From contig CAWADP010000017.1 of the NCBI GenBank assembly GCA_963780805.1, forward strand, positions 16,944-80,943: DNA of 64,000 bases, given 5' to 3'. The notes under the pieces were generated by a model. It was not told the DNA's origin. It made no database searches and was given only the letters and a program-made list of their open reading frames with translations. Each line of letters opens with the position of its first letter. Position 1 is the stretch's first letter. This document shows positions 18,788 to 27,194 of the stretch, one piece after another. The position numbers and the translations under genes are program-made. Source of the DNA: an uncultured Alphaproteobacteria bacterium. GTDB lineage: Bacteria > Pseudomonadota > Alphaproteobacteria > Acetobacterales > Acetobacteraceae.

Positions 18788-19171
18788 TCAGAATGGCCAG
18801 CGCCGCGTCCGGTTCGCCTCCTGCGCCGGGGTCAACCCCGCCGGTCCATCCGCCTGCTGCGGCGGCTGGCCGGCCGGATCGGCCCAGCAATCCGCGACCC
18901 CCAGGCTCCGCGTGCAATAGGGTTGCGGCGCGGGCGGCGGTTCCACCGGCCGGCAGTAGCTCAGCCCCTGGTCCAGCCGGACCGCGGAACAATCCCTGCC
19001 TGTCACCAGCGAATACAGCGCATCGAGCGGAGTGCGCTGGATCACCGCGACGCTGCCCGCCGTGGTGCCGACCACCACCGAGGTCAGCGTCACCGGATCT
19101 GCCCCGCAGCCACCCAGCGGGACCAGCAACGGGAGCAGCAACGGCATCATCACCCAGAGCGCGTATCGCAT
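18788..19171 (-). CDS. small lipoprotein, unknown function
   Basis: C-terminal 127 codons of the long ORF 18788..20326. MRYALWVMMPLLLPLLVPLGGCG has a signal peptide plus lipobox (LGGC). ATG confirmed at 19171. Confidence 0.6.
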   Translation of the reverse strand: MRYALWVMMPLLLPLLVPLGGCGADPVTLTSVVVGTTAGSVAVIQRTPLDALYSLVTGRDCSAVRLDQGLSYCRPVEPPPAPQPYCTRSLGVADCWADPAGQPPQQADGPAGLTPAQEANRTRRWPF

Positions 19172-19279
19172 GCGCCGCAGGCTGCGCCACAAAGGTAAAC
19201 CAACGGTTTCCGCCAGTTTGCCGACGCGCCGCCCCGCCGCTATGGTCCGCCGCCCAGCCAGAGTCGGGACCGGAGTCCA

Positions 19280-19933
19280 TTGCCAGACATCTTCGATGAG
19301 GTAGCGGAAGACCTGCGCGCCGAACGCACGCAGATCCTGATGAAGCGCTACGCCCCGCTGATGATTGCTCTTGTCCTGGTAGTCGTCGCCGCCACGGCCG
19401 GCTGGCAGGTGTGGCGCTGGCGCCAGGCCCGGGAAGATGTGGCCGCCGGCCAGCATTACCTGTCCGCGATGGCGCTGGAATCGACGCCCGCCGCCGCCGC
19501 CGACCGCAAGGCACTGATCTCCGAGTTCGATGCCATCGCCAAGGCATCGCCGGAGGGCTACCGCACCCTCGCCCGACTGCAAGCCGCGGCATTCCAGGCC
19601 GAGAACGGCGACCTGCCTGCGGCGCTGGCCCTGTGGAACGCCGTCGCCACCGACGATGGCGCCGACCCCCTGCTGCGCGGCGCTGCCAACTTGCTCTGGT
19701 GCGAGCATCAGATCGACACCGGCGATCCCGGCATCCTGGCCGGGCGCCTGAAGGCTCTGGCCGAGCCCGGCAACGTCTGGCGCCCGCTGGCCGAGGAGCA
19801 ACTTGCCCTGCTCGACCTCCGCCAGGGCAAGACGGCGGCGGCCAAGGCCACGCTGACCAAGCTGACGCAGGACTTCACGGCGCCCGAGGGCGTGCGCGGG
19901 CGGGCGGCTGCCCTGCTGGCACAGCTCGGCTGA
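19280..19933 (+). CDS. YfgM-like membrane-anchored TPR protein
   Basis: TTG start. N-terminal TM (LMIALVLVVVAATAGWQVW) followed by a TPR-like Ala/Leu-rich domain. Conserved position upstream of bamB-der. Confidence 0.72.
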   Translation: MPDIFDEVAEDLRAERTQILMKRYAPLMIALVLVVVAATAGWQVWRWRQAREDVAAGQHYLSAMALESTPAAAADRKALISEFDAIAKASPEGYRTLARLQAAAFQAENGDLPAALALWNAVATDDGADPLLRGAANLLWCEHQIDTGDPGILAGRLKALAEPGNVWRPLAEEQLALLDLRQGKTAAAKATLTKLTQDFTAPEGVRGRAAALLAQLG

Positions 19934-19938
19934 GCGGC

Positions 19939-20052
19939 ATGCCAAGGGAAATGCCGCGGCAAACGCCCGGGGGAACGCCCAGGGGGACTCCCAGCGGAAC
20001 GCTCGGGGAAATGCCCAACGAAACGCCCAGGAACACGGCGAGGGAAACGGCG
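19939..20052. repeat. degenerate 10-12-nt periodic repeat (GGGAAATGCC / GGCAAACGCC / GGGAACGCCC ...)
   Basis: Read directly. Translates as MPREMPRQTPGGTPRGTPSGTLGEMPNETPRNTARETA in the bamB frame, ahead of the signal peptide. Confidence 0.6.
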
Positions 20053-21384
20053 TTGGAACCAACCCGACTGGCGCGGCGCGCGGCGCTGCTGGCACCGCTC
20101 GCCCTGACCGGCTGCGGGCTGTGGGACAAGTGGTTCGGCGAGGCTCCGAAGCCACCGCTGCCTGGGATGCGGGAGCCGGTGCTGCCGCCGGGCCGCAGCC
20201 TGATGATGGATCCTTCGGCCCCGAAGGTCGTGCTGCCGCCGCCGGTGCGCAACGCCGCCTGGCCGCAGGCGGGTGGCAATCCGGCGCACGACATGGACCA
20301 TCTCGCCGCCAATCCGGCGCTGGCACAGGCCTGGTCCGTCAGCATCGGCGAGGGCGGCGGCTACCGCCGCAAGATCCTGGCGCAGCCGGTGGTGGCGAAC
20401 GGGCTGGTTTACACCATGGATTCCGCCGGCACCGTGACCGCCTTCACGCTCGCCGCCGGCGCGCAGGTCTGGCGCACCGAGACCAGGGGCAAAGATGTCA
20501 GCAGCAGCAACGTCGGCGGCGGACTGGGCGTGGGCGGTGGCATCCTGTATGCCGTGAACGGCCTGGGCGACCTTGTGGCGCTCGACGCCGCCAAGGGGAC
20601 TGAGCATTGGCGCACCTATCTCGGCGCGCCCGGGCGCTCTGCCCCGACCATCGTGGAAGGCCGTCTGTTCTTGACCACCATCGAGGACAAGCTGCTGGCC
20701 GTGGCCGCCACGGACGGGCACGTGATCTGGACCTTCCAGGGTGCCTCGGTGCAGCCCGCCGTGCTTGGCCGCCCGGCCCCGGCCTTTGCCAACGGGCTGG
20801 TCGTCGCCGGCTTCAGCTCCGGCGAGCTGGCCTGCCTGCGCGCGGAGAACGGCGCCGTGTTGTGGAGCGACAGCCTGGGCGGCTACGCCGGGGGCGCCGC
20901 CGGCGCGGACTTCGCGGCGATCCGCGGCCGCCCGGCGATCAGCGCGGGGCGGGTGGTAGCCACCGGCATGGGCGGGCTGATGCTCTGCCTGGACCTGCCG
21001 ACCGGCCGCCGGCTGTGGGAACTTCAGGTAAGCAGTGAGAACAGCCCGTGGGTGGCGGGGGAGTGGGTATTCATGGTGTCGCTGTCGCAGCAGATGGCGG
21101 CGCTGACCATGGCCGGGGGCAACGTCGCCTGGATGGCCCAGCTGCCGCGCTGGGTGAATGTGCAGAAGTCCACCAACCCGATCACCTGGTACGGGCCGAC
21201 CCTGCTGGGCGACCGGCTGGTGGTGGCCGGCACCGACAAGGAGGCGCTGTCGGTCAGCCCCTATACCGGTGCGATCCTGGGACGGCAGACGCTGCCCAGC
21301 GCGGCCTCGCCGCTGGAGCCGGTGGTGGCGGACGGCACGCTGCTGATGATCTCCGATGACGGGAAGCTGTTGGCGCTGCGCTAA
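19939..21384 (+). CDS. bamB: outer membrane protein assembly factor BamB (PQQ-like beta-propeller lipoprotein)
   Basis: Lipobox LALTGCG, then repeated WR/W-containing propeller blades (GLVYTMDSAGTVTAF, GILYAVNGLGDLVAL, GRLFLTTIEDKLLAV...). First ATG is 19939. An in-frame TTG at 20053 gives a canonical short N-terminus. Confidence 0.88.
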   Translation: MPREMPRQTPGGTPRGTPSGTLGEMPNETPRNTARETALEPTRLARRAALLAPLALTGCGLWDKWFGEAPKPPLPGMREPVLPPGRSLMMDPSAPKVVLPPPVRNAAWPQAGGNPAHDMDHLAANPALAQAWSVSIGEGGGYRRKILAQPVVANGLVYTMDSAGTVTAFTLAAGAQVWRTETRGKDVSSSNVGGGLGVGGGILYAVNGLGDLVALDAAKGTEHWRTYLGAPGRSAPTIVEGRLFLTTIEDKLLAVAATDGHVIWTFQGASVQPAVLGRPAPAFANGLVVAGFSSGELACLRAENGAVLWSDSLGGYAGGAAGADFAAIRGRPAISAGRVVATGMGGLMLCLDLPTGRRLWELQVSSENSPWVAGEWVFMVSLSQQMAALTMAGGNVAWMAQLPRWVNVQKSTNPITWYGPTLLGDRLVVAGTDKEALSVSPYTGAILGRQTLPSAASPLEPVVADGTLLMISDDGKLLALR

Positions 21385-21405
21385 GCGCGTGCCATCTCCG
21401 TTGCC

Positions 21406-22743
21406 ATGCTTCCCGTCGTGGTGATCGCCGGCCGCCCCAACGTCGGCAAATCGACCCTGTTCAACCGGCTGGTGGGCCGGCGCACGGCGCTGGTCGCCGA
21501 CACGCCGGGGGTGACGCGCGACCGCAAGGAAGCGGAGGCGCTGCTGCGCGGCCGCCAGGTGCGGCTGGTGGATACCGCCGGGCTGGAGGAGGCCGCGCCG
21601 GAGACGCTGGCCGGCCGTTTGCGCTCCGGTGCCGAGACCGCGGTCGGGTCCGCCGACCTGGTGTTGTTCGTGGTGGACGCGCGCGAGGGGCTGGTGCCGG
21701 CGGACCGACACTTCGCTCAGTGGCTGCGCCGGCAGGGCCGGCCGGTGCTGCTGGTCGCCAACAAGGCGGAGGGCCGCGCCGCCGATTCCGCCGTGCTGGA
21801 GACTTATGCGCTGGGGTTGGGCGACCCGGTCGCGGTGTCCTCGGAGCATGGCGAAGGCATCGCGGCGCTGATGACGGAGATCGCCGAGCGTTTGCCTGCG
21901 GCGGACGCGGTGGCCGAGACGGATGCGCGGCCGCTGAAGCTGGCGGTAGTCGGCCGGCCGAATGCCGGGAAATCGACCCTGATCAACCTGCTGCTCGGCG
22001 AGGAGCGGATGATCACCGGCCCCGAACCCGGCCTGACGCGCGACGCCGTGGCGTCGGTGCTGCACGACACCGAGGGACCGATCGAACTGGTGGATACCGC
22101 CGGCCTGCGCCGCCGCGCCCGCATCGAGGCACCGTTGGAGAAGCTATCGGTGGGCGCGGCAATCGGCGCCCTGAAGCTGGCCGAGGTAGTGGTGCTGGTG
22201 GTGGACGCCGCCGAGGGCCTGCACGATCAGGACCTTCAGATCGCCCGCCTGATAGAGCGCGAAGGTCGTGCCTGCGTCATCGCGCTGAACAAGTGGGACG
22301 CGGTGCCGGATCGCGGCGCGGCCCGCCGGGCGGTGATGGAGCGGCTTGAGGAGAGCCTGGCGCAGATGAAGGGCGTGGAGGTGGTGGCCGTGTCGGCGCT
22401 GACCGGCGTCGGGATGGAGCGGCTGCTGCCGGCGGTGCGCCGCGCCCATGCGGTGTGGAACCGGCGCCTGCCCACGGGCGAGCTGAACCGCTGGTTCGAG
22501 ACGGCGCTGGAACGCCACCAGCCGCCGCTGGTGAACGGGCGACGGCTGCGGCTGCGCTACATGACGCAGGCGAAGGCGCGCCCGCCCACGTTCGTGGCAT
22601 TCGGCACGCGCGCGGAGCTGATCCCCGAGGACTACCAGCGGTATTTGGTGAACGGCCTGCGCGAGACGTTCGATCTGCCGGGCACACCTATCCGGCTGCA
22701 ACTGCGGGGGACGAAGAACCCGTTTGTCGCCGGGTCTGGCTGA
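21406..22743 (+). CDS. der: ribosome biogenesis GTPase Der (EngA)
   Basis: Two GTPase domains (GRPNVGKST x2, DTAGL x2, NKAE/NKWD) and a KH-like C-terminus. Confidence 0.97.
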   Translation: MLPVVVIAGRPNVGKSTLFNRLVGRRTALVADTPGVTRDRKEAEALLRGRQVRLVDTAGLEEAAPETLAGRLRSGAETAVGSADLVLFVVDAREGLVPADRHFAQWLRRQGRPVLLVANKAEGRAADSAVLETYALGLGDPVAVSSEHGEGIAALMTEIAERLPAADAVAETDARPLKLAVVGRPNAGKSTLINLLLGEERMITGPEPGLTRDAVASVLHDTEGPIELVDTAGLRRRARIEAPLEKLSVGAAIGALKLAEVVVLVVDAAEGLHDQDLQIARLIEREGRACVIALNKWDAVPDRGAARRAVMERLEESLAQMKGVEVVAVSALTGVGMERLLPAVRRAHAVWNRRLPTGELNRWFETALERHQPPLVNGRRLRLRYMTQAKARPPTFVAFGTRAELIPEDYQRYLVNGLRETFDLPGTPIRLQLRGTKNPFVAGSG

Positions 22744-23030
22744 AGCGGCGTCATCGTCATGCCGGCGAAATCCGGCATCCACGATCTGCATTCGGCTGGT
22801 TGACCGCCCGCCGTTGTGATCTTCTCCGGGTGCAGTTTGTTGTTGATCAATTCGGGCGCCGGTGCGATTGTGGTCCTCAAGGTGCCGGAAATAAGACGGA
22901 TCTAGATTTCGATTGCCGCCGCGTATCCGGCCAAGCGAAGAGACATGCCCAGGATGGGTGCTCCCAAAGATGGGTGCGCGCCTCATAAAAGCCTTGCGAG
23001 GTTCAAACCTCGCCACGCCGGGGGATATGG

Positions 23031-24129
23031 ATGTCTGAGCAACGAACTCCTTCTCGAGAAGCATCGATTGTCTTGCAAGCTCCACCATGCGACGTGAGAC
23101 CGGCGCTTTGCCTGGGTGTCAGCGTCTCAACCGTGGGGAGCGAACACCTTCTCGTCGCCGACGATCTTGAGATCTGTGTCGAGGGGTTGCCCGACGCTAT
23201 GGCGCGCCGGGTCGTGTCTCGCTTCAATGGCCGCGAGACCGCCACCTCCATCGCGGCGGCAGCTGGATTACCCGTGGCGCAGGTGATCGCCATTGTGACA
23301 AGGCTTATGGCAGCCGGCGTCGTGGTGGACCTGCGCGGCGGCAGGGAGTCGGATCTGACACCGGATGCCTTCATTGCCCTTTGTCAGCGCTCGTATTCAA
23401 TGTGGAAAACGCGCCTCTTCGGTCATCCGCTGTGGCGTGGATTGAACACGGGAGAGGCGGCGCCATCCCAGTTCATAGGCTGGCTGCTGGAGAGTTACCA
23501 CTTCGCGGAAGGCGTGAACCTGCGCTTGCCGTTGGCGATCGCGCATTGCCACCAGCGCGAAATCCGCGATCTGCTGTCTCAGCACTATGCCGAAGAGTAT
23601 GATCATGAAAGGTTCTTCTTGTCGGCGCTGGCGGAACTGGGCGTCGAACCGGAGATTGTCATAGCGGCGCGGCCCTTGCCTGGTACCCGGGCCATCCTGA
23701 ACCATATGCGCGACTGTGCTCGCACGGATCCGCTGCACTACGCGGTGTGCGGCGGCTTCCTTGAAGCGACCGGGACTGATCGCACGCTTGGGCGCGTATT
23801 CATCGCAAACCTCGAACGGCACTATGCACCGGAAAATCCGCTGGTTGTACCAGCCACTGATCGATCACGCAGCCCTCGACGACCTGTACGGACACCGTGG
23901 GCTGCTTGCCGCGCTCTGCCGCTGCGTACCCGAGCTGCCATGGGAGCGTGCATCGGCCGCGCTTGGCTCCTGCGCCTTGTTCGTCGAGACGCTGGAGCTT
24001 TGGTCGACGGACATCATGATGACGTACGCGCAGCCAGCACTTACGCCTGACCGGAGCCCCTGGCATTACCGTAGAATGGTTGCCGCGAGAGACACCGGGC
24101 ACGTTGGACTGGCGGGTGAGCGGCCATGA
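23031..24129 (+). pseudogene. RRE(PqqD)-like winged-helix domain fused to heme-oxygenase-like iron-containing redox enzyme domain, paralog 1; frame broken by an apparent 1-nt insertion near 23847
   Basis: Frame A 23031..23846 (...GWLLESYHF...HYAEEYDHERFF...LERHYAPENPLV) continues colinearly with paralog 2 only in frame B from 23848 (YQPLIDHAALDDLYGH...). Frame B ends in an ATGA overlap with the next gene at 24126-24129. Confidence 0.7.
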
Positions 24130-25145
24130 CCCCCCATTTGCATTCGGCCAGTCGTCCACTGCTCAGCGCTCGCGCACGCACGCTGACGTCGGACAGCGAA
24201 CTCGTGGTCGATACGCGGGACATGGAGTTGACCTTCAGTGGGAGAAGCGCGGCCCTGCTTGCTCGCGTGCTCGACCACCTGGACGGCCGGCGCCGGATCG
24301 ACGAGATCAGTGCACAACTGGATCTAAGCGAGAACGAACTGCGGAAAACGCTCCAGGTGCTGGTGGATGAAGACGTCATGTTCGACGCCGGCGCCGTTTT
24401 CGACGCGCGCTCTTCGCAGGCGTTCCTGGACGCGTATTTCGCCGAGTGCCGGTTCTTGAGCAACGAGATCTTCGCCCAACCGTTCTGGGAGACATTGCTG
24501 TCGGGGCGCGCCGGGCGCAACCTCGTGCTCGGCTGGGGCATCGAGTTCCACCACTTCGTCGACGCTGCCAACGAGCATATGGCGGTCGCGGTCGCGCAGT
24601 GCCGGGATGGCGCGCGCACGCGCGCCTGGCTCGCAAAACATTACGTCGAAGAGCGCGACCACGGGTCGATTTTTCTCGACGGACTGGCAGGCACCGGCCT
24701 TGATCGTGAGCTGGTCCGCAGGGCGCCACCGCTGCCATCGACCAGGGCATTGATAAACTATCTGACCGAGCTGGCATCGGTGGACACGATCGCATACGCG
24801 GGAACATTCGGGGTCATGCAAGCCAATCGCGAGGCGATGTCCCGAGACGCGCTAGAGCGATTGTTCACGTTTCTTGCCGGTCAATACCCATTCGCGGCAC
24901 GATTGTTCGATGCCTTCCGCGAGCACGCGCTGATCGATGCCGACCTGCAGCATCAACATCTGATTCTGGAGGAGATGTTGGAAGACGGCAAAGCATTGCC
25001 ACCTGACGTCGTCGCCCGGCCGATCAATGCGGCGCGAAGCGTCACGGAGCATTTCATCATGTTTTTCGAAGGTATTCATCAATACTATAGTCTTGCCGAG
25101 GCCGAGATGCCGCGCTGTGCATTCGACGTTCGTCTTGTCCGATGA
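24126..25145 (+). CDS. RRE(PqqD)-like winged-helix domain fused to heme-oxygenase-like iron-containing redox enzyme domain, paralog 2
   Basis: 339 aa. N-terminus ELVVDTRDMELTFSGRSAALLARVLDHLDGRRRIDEISAQLDLSENELRKTLQVLVDEDVM. C-terminal helical domain with GWGIEFHHF, HYVEERDHGSIF and FREHALIDAD. Clearly homologous to 23031-24129. Confidence 0.75.
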   Translation: MTPHLHSASRPLLSARARTLTSDSELVVDTRDMELTFSGRSAALLARVLDHLDGRRRIDEISAQLDLSENELRKTLQVLVDEDVMFDAGAVFDARSSQAFLDAYFAECRFLSNEIFAQPFWETLLSGRAGRNLVLGWGIEFHHFVDAANEHMAVAVAQCRDGARTRAWLAKHYVEERDHGSIFLDGLAGTGLDRELVRRAPPLPSTRALINYLTELASVDTIAYAGTFGVMQANREAMSRDALERLFTFLAGQYPFAARLFDAFREHALIDADLQHQHLILEEMLEDGKALPPDVVARPINAARSVTEHFIMFFEGIHQYYSLAEAEMPRCAFDVRLVR

Positions 25146-25163
25146 CGAGGCCGCAGAGCATGC

Positions 25164-26492
25164 ATGGTCGAAGCCGTGGCATACGCTGAGCGATTCAGCG
25201 GGTCCGCCGCGATGTCCCGGCGCGCCGAGCGCGTGGTCGCCGGCGGGACGCAACACGACAGTTGGCGGCTGCAGCCTTTCCCGGTGTACTTCAGCGAAGC
25301 GCGCGGCCCATTCAAGTGGGACATCGACGGGCATCGCCTGGTGGACTGCTGGATGGGGCACGGCGCACTGTTGTTCGGCCACGGTTATCGACCGGTTGTC
25401 GACGCAGTCGCCCGTCAACTGGTCCGCGGTACCCATCTCGGGGGGGCACACGATCTTGAAGTGCGTTGGGCGGAGCTGGTCTGTGAACTGATCCCCTCTG
25501 CGGAGCGTGTCCGCTTTACCTCATCCGGCACCGAAGCGACCCAGCTCGCGCTCCGGGTCGCCCGAGCATTCACCGGCCGTAACCACGTCGTGAAACTCGA
25601 TGGTCACTTCCACGGCTGGCACGACGAGGCGCTCGCGCATTTTGTGGAACCAGCTTCGGCCGGTCTCAATGCCGGCTCGCTCGACGGTGTCAGTATTGGC
25701 GATCCGTGGTCTGTGGCGTCCATCGCCCGGCTTCTCGCCGAGGAGCCCACGGCTGCCGTCATACTTGAACCGGGAGGCGGTGGCAGTGGTGCGTTGCCGT
25801 GGAGCCCGGACTTCCTTCGAGAGCTGAGGCAAGCAACGCAGGAGCACGGCACACTGCTGATCTTCGACGAAGTCGTCAGTGGATTCCGCTATAGCTCCGG
25901 TGGTGTGCAGCAACTCTGTGGTGTGACACCCGATCTTACGGTGCTTGGGAAGATCCTGGCTGGCGGGCTTCCGGGGGCTGCGGTCGCCGGCCGAGCCGAT
26001 GTCATGGCAGTGTTCGGCGCGGGAACAACAGGCGCGGGCGGACCGGCAAAGGTCGTGCACACCGGCACATTCAACGCAAACCCGCTGTCTGCCGCTGCCG
26101 GCATAGCGGCGCTCGAGCGGGTTGGGGATGGCACAGCGCAGGAGGCCGCAGCTTCGGCGGCCGAGACGCTCGCCCGGCTGGTCAATGAGGCGGCTCGCGC
26201 TAACGACGTCGATGTCTGCTTATATACCCAAAGTTCGATCTTCCACGTGCTGATAGGCGCGCGACGTGCAGGATCTCCACTTGGACCGTCTGCGTCGGCG
26301 ATGACACTTTACAAAGCGCATGCGAACTCATATAACATTCTTAGAAGAGCGCTGCTGGTTGAGGGGGTTGACTGCCATCCGCTGCACGGTTGGCTTTCAG
26401 CTGCGCACGAAACCTCAGCCGTGCATGAGGCGGCGGCCGCGTTCGATCGCGCGTTTCGCCAACTCCACCGGTCCACGGAATTCGCGCTATAA
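25164..26492 (+). CDS. class-III PLP-dependent enzyme, glutamate-1-semialdehyde 2,1-aminomutase-like
   Basis: RVVAGGTQHD..., SSGTEATQLALRVARAFTGR, IFDEVVSGFR, and PLP-lysine context DLTVLGKILAGGLPGAAV as in HemL-type enzymes. 442 aa. Confidence 0.88.
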   Translation: MVEAVAYAERFSGSAAMSRRAERVVAGGTQHDSWRLQPFPVYFSEARGPFKWDIDGHRLVDCWMGHGALLFGHGYRPVVDAVARQLVRGTHLGGAHDLEVRWAELVCELIPSAERVRFTSSGTEATQLALRVARAFTGRNHVVKLDGHFHGWHDEALAHFVEPASAGLNAGSLDGVSIGDPWSVASIARLLAEEPTAAVILEPGGGGSGALPWSPDFLRELRQATQEHGTLLIFDEVVSGFRYSSGGVQQLCGVTPDLTVLGKILAGGLPGAAVAGRADVMAVFGAGTTGAGGPAKVVHTGTFNANPLSAAAGIAALERVGDGTAQEAAASAAETLARLVNEAARANDVDVCLYTQSSIFHVLIGARRAGSPLGPSASAMTLYKAHANSYNILRRALLVEGVDCHPLHGWLSAAHETSAVHEAAAAFDRAFRQLHRSTEFAL

Positions 26493-26605
26493 AGGGAGGA
26501 CCCTGCCAATGGCTTAGCGATTATTGACCCCGAATACGTCGACCATAGGCCCGCGCCACACATGTGATGCGCTGTACGCTTACCATCAGCACTGAGGAGG
26601 ATGCC

Positions 26606-26782
26606 ATGGCGGATACTAAGGCCCTAGACCCCCACGAAGTCGTCGTGACTGTCTCAAAGGGTGAGGCCAAGCACGTGAAGATCGTCGAGCGCGACACGCC
26701 GGAAAGCGCCGAGATCACCGTCAAAGTCAGCCGGAAGCGGCCAGGCGGGTCGTTGCCGTTACTGGGATTGATGTTGAAATAG
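26606..26782 (+). CDS. 58-aa small ORF, candidate precursor/scaffold peptide
   Basis: GAGGAGGA (26594-26601) lies 4 nt before the ATG. Product MADTKALDPHEVVVTVSKGEAKHVKIVERDTPESAEITVKVSRKRPGGSLPLLGLMLK. Sits between the PLP and radical SAM genes on the same strand. No homology evidence available. Confidence 0.45.
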   Translation: MADTKALDPHEVVVTVSKGEAKHVKIVERDTPESAEITVKVSRKRPGGSLPLLGLMLK

Positions 26783-27194
26783 TCCTTGCCCGCCGAGACA
26801 AAAGCGACCGAGATCGACGACCCGATCGAGCTTTGACAAGATGAAGCCGGTTGGCAAGATCCGGTTCGAATCCCTGTGCGGTGCGGTGTCAAAGCGGTCA
26901 CTGTGCCGGGCAGCGGTCGGTGCACTGGGGTTCAGGACCGGGTCCCAGATAGCGTTCATTCGCTGGTCGGTTCGCAACGTGTCGGATATTCAGATAACGT
27001 GAGTCGAGAACGGAGGGGCGCACCGTCGCCCCTTCGCGCCGTACAGGGCCGGGTGGGCGATAGAAGCCGACACCGTGCAAGTGTCTGCATACCAGTTTCA
27101 CGAGCCGGTGTTCTGCGACGCGGATATGGTGTCCACAGCGCCCGCTGGCTATCCTGGAATGCGGCTGAACCACCTGAAATCAACGGGGGAAGCG

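Noticed and set aside
22940-23016. Hairpin gcgagg-ttcaaa-cctcgc followed by CA, with an upstream CTCATAA that could mimic a tRNA-Met anticodon loop and 3' end just before the cassette
   Set aside because: The loop is 6 nt rather than 7. The putative anticodon stem (cgcgc / aagcc) does not pair. No cloverleaf is possible. It is probably just a 5'-UTR hairpin.
26851-26880. GGTTCGAATCC string (tRNA T-loop-like) in the spacer after the small peptide ORF; considered as a tRNA or tRNA-fragment att site
   Set aside because: The flanking bases do not form a T-stem (tccgg / ccctg pair at only 2 of 5 positions plus a wobble). No acceptor or anticodon arms can be drawn.
26783-27194. Possible cobalamin riboswitch upstream of the B12-dependent radical SAM gene
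   Set aside because: I could not find the conserved B12-box or the GCCACTG-type core motifs by eye. Only a simple GC hairpin is present. A covariance-model scan would be needed to be certain.
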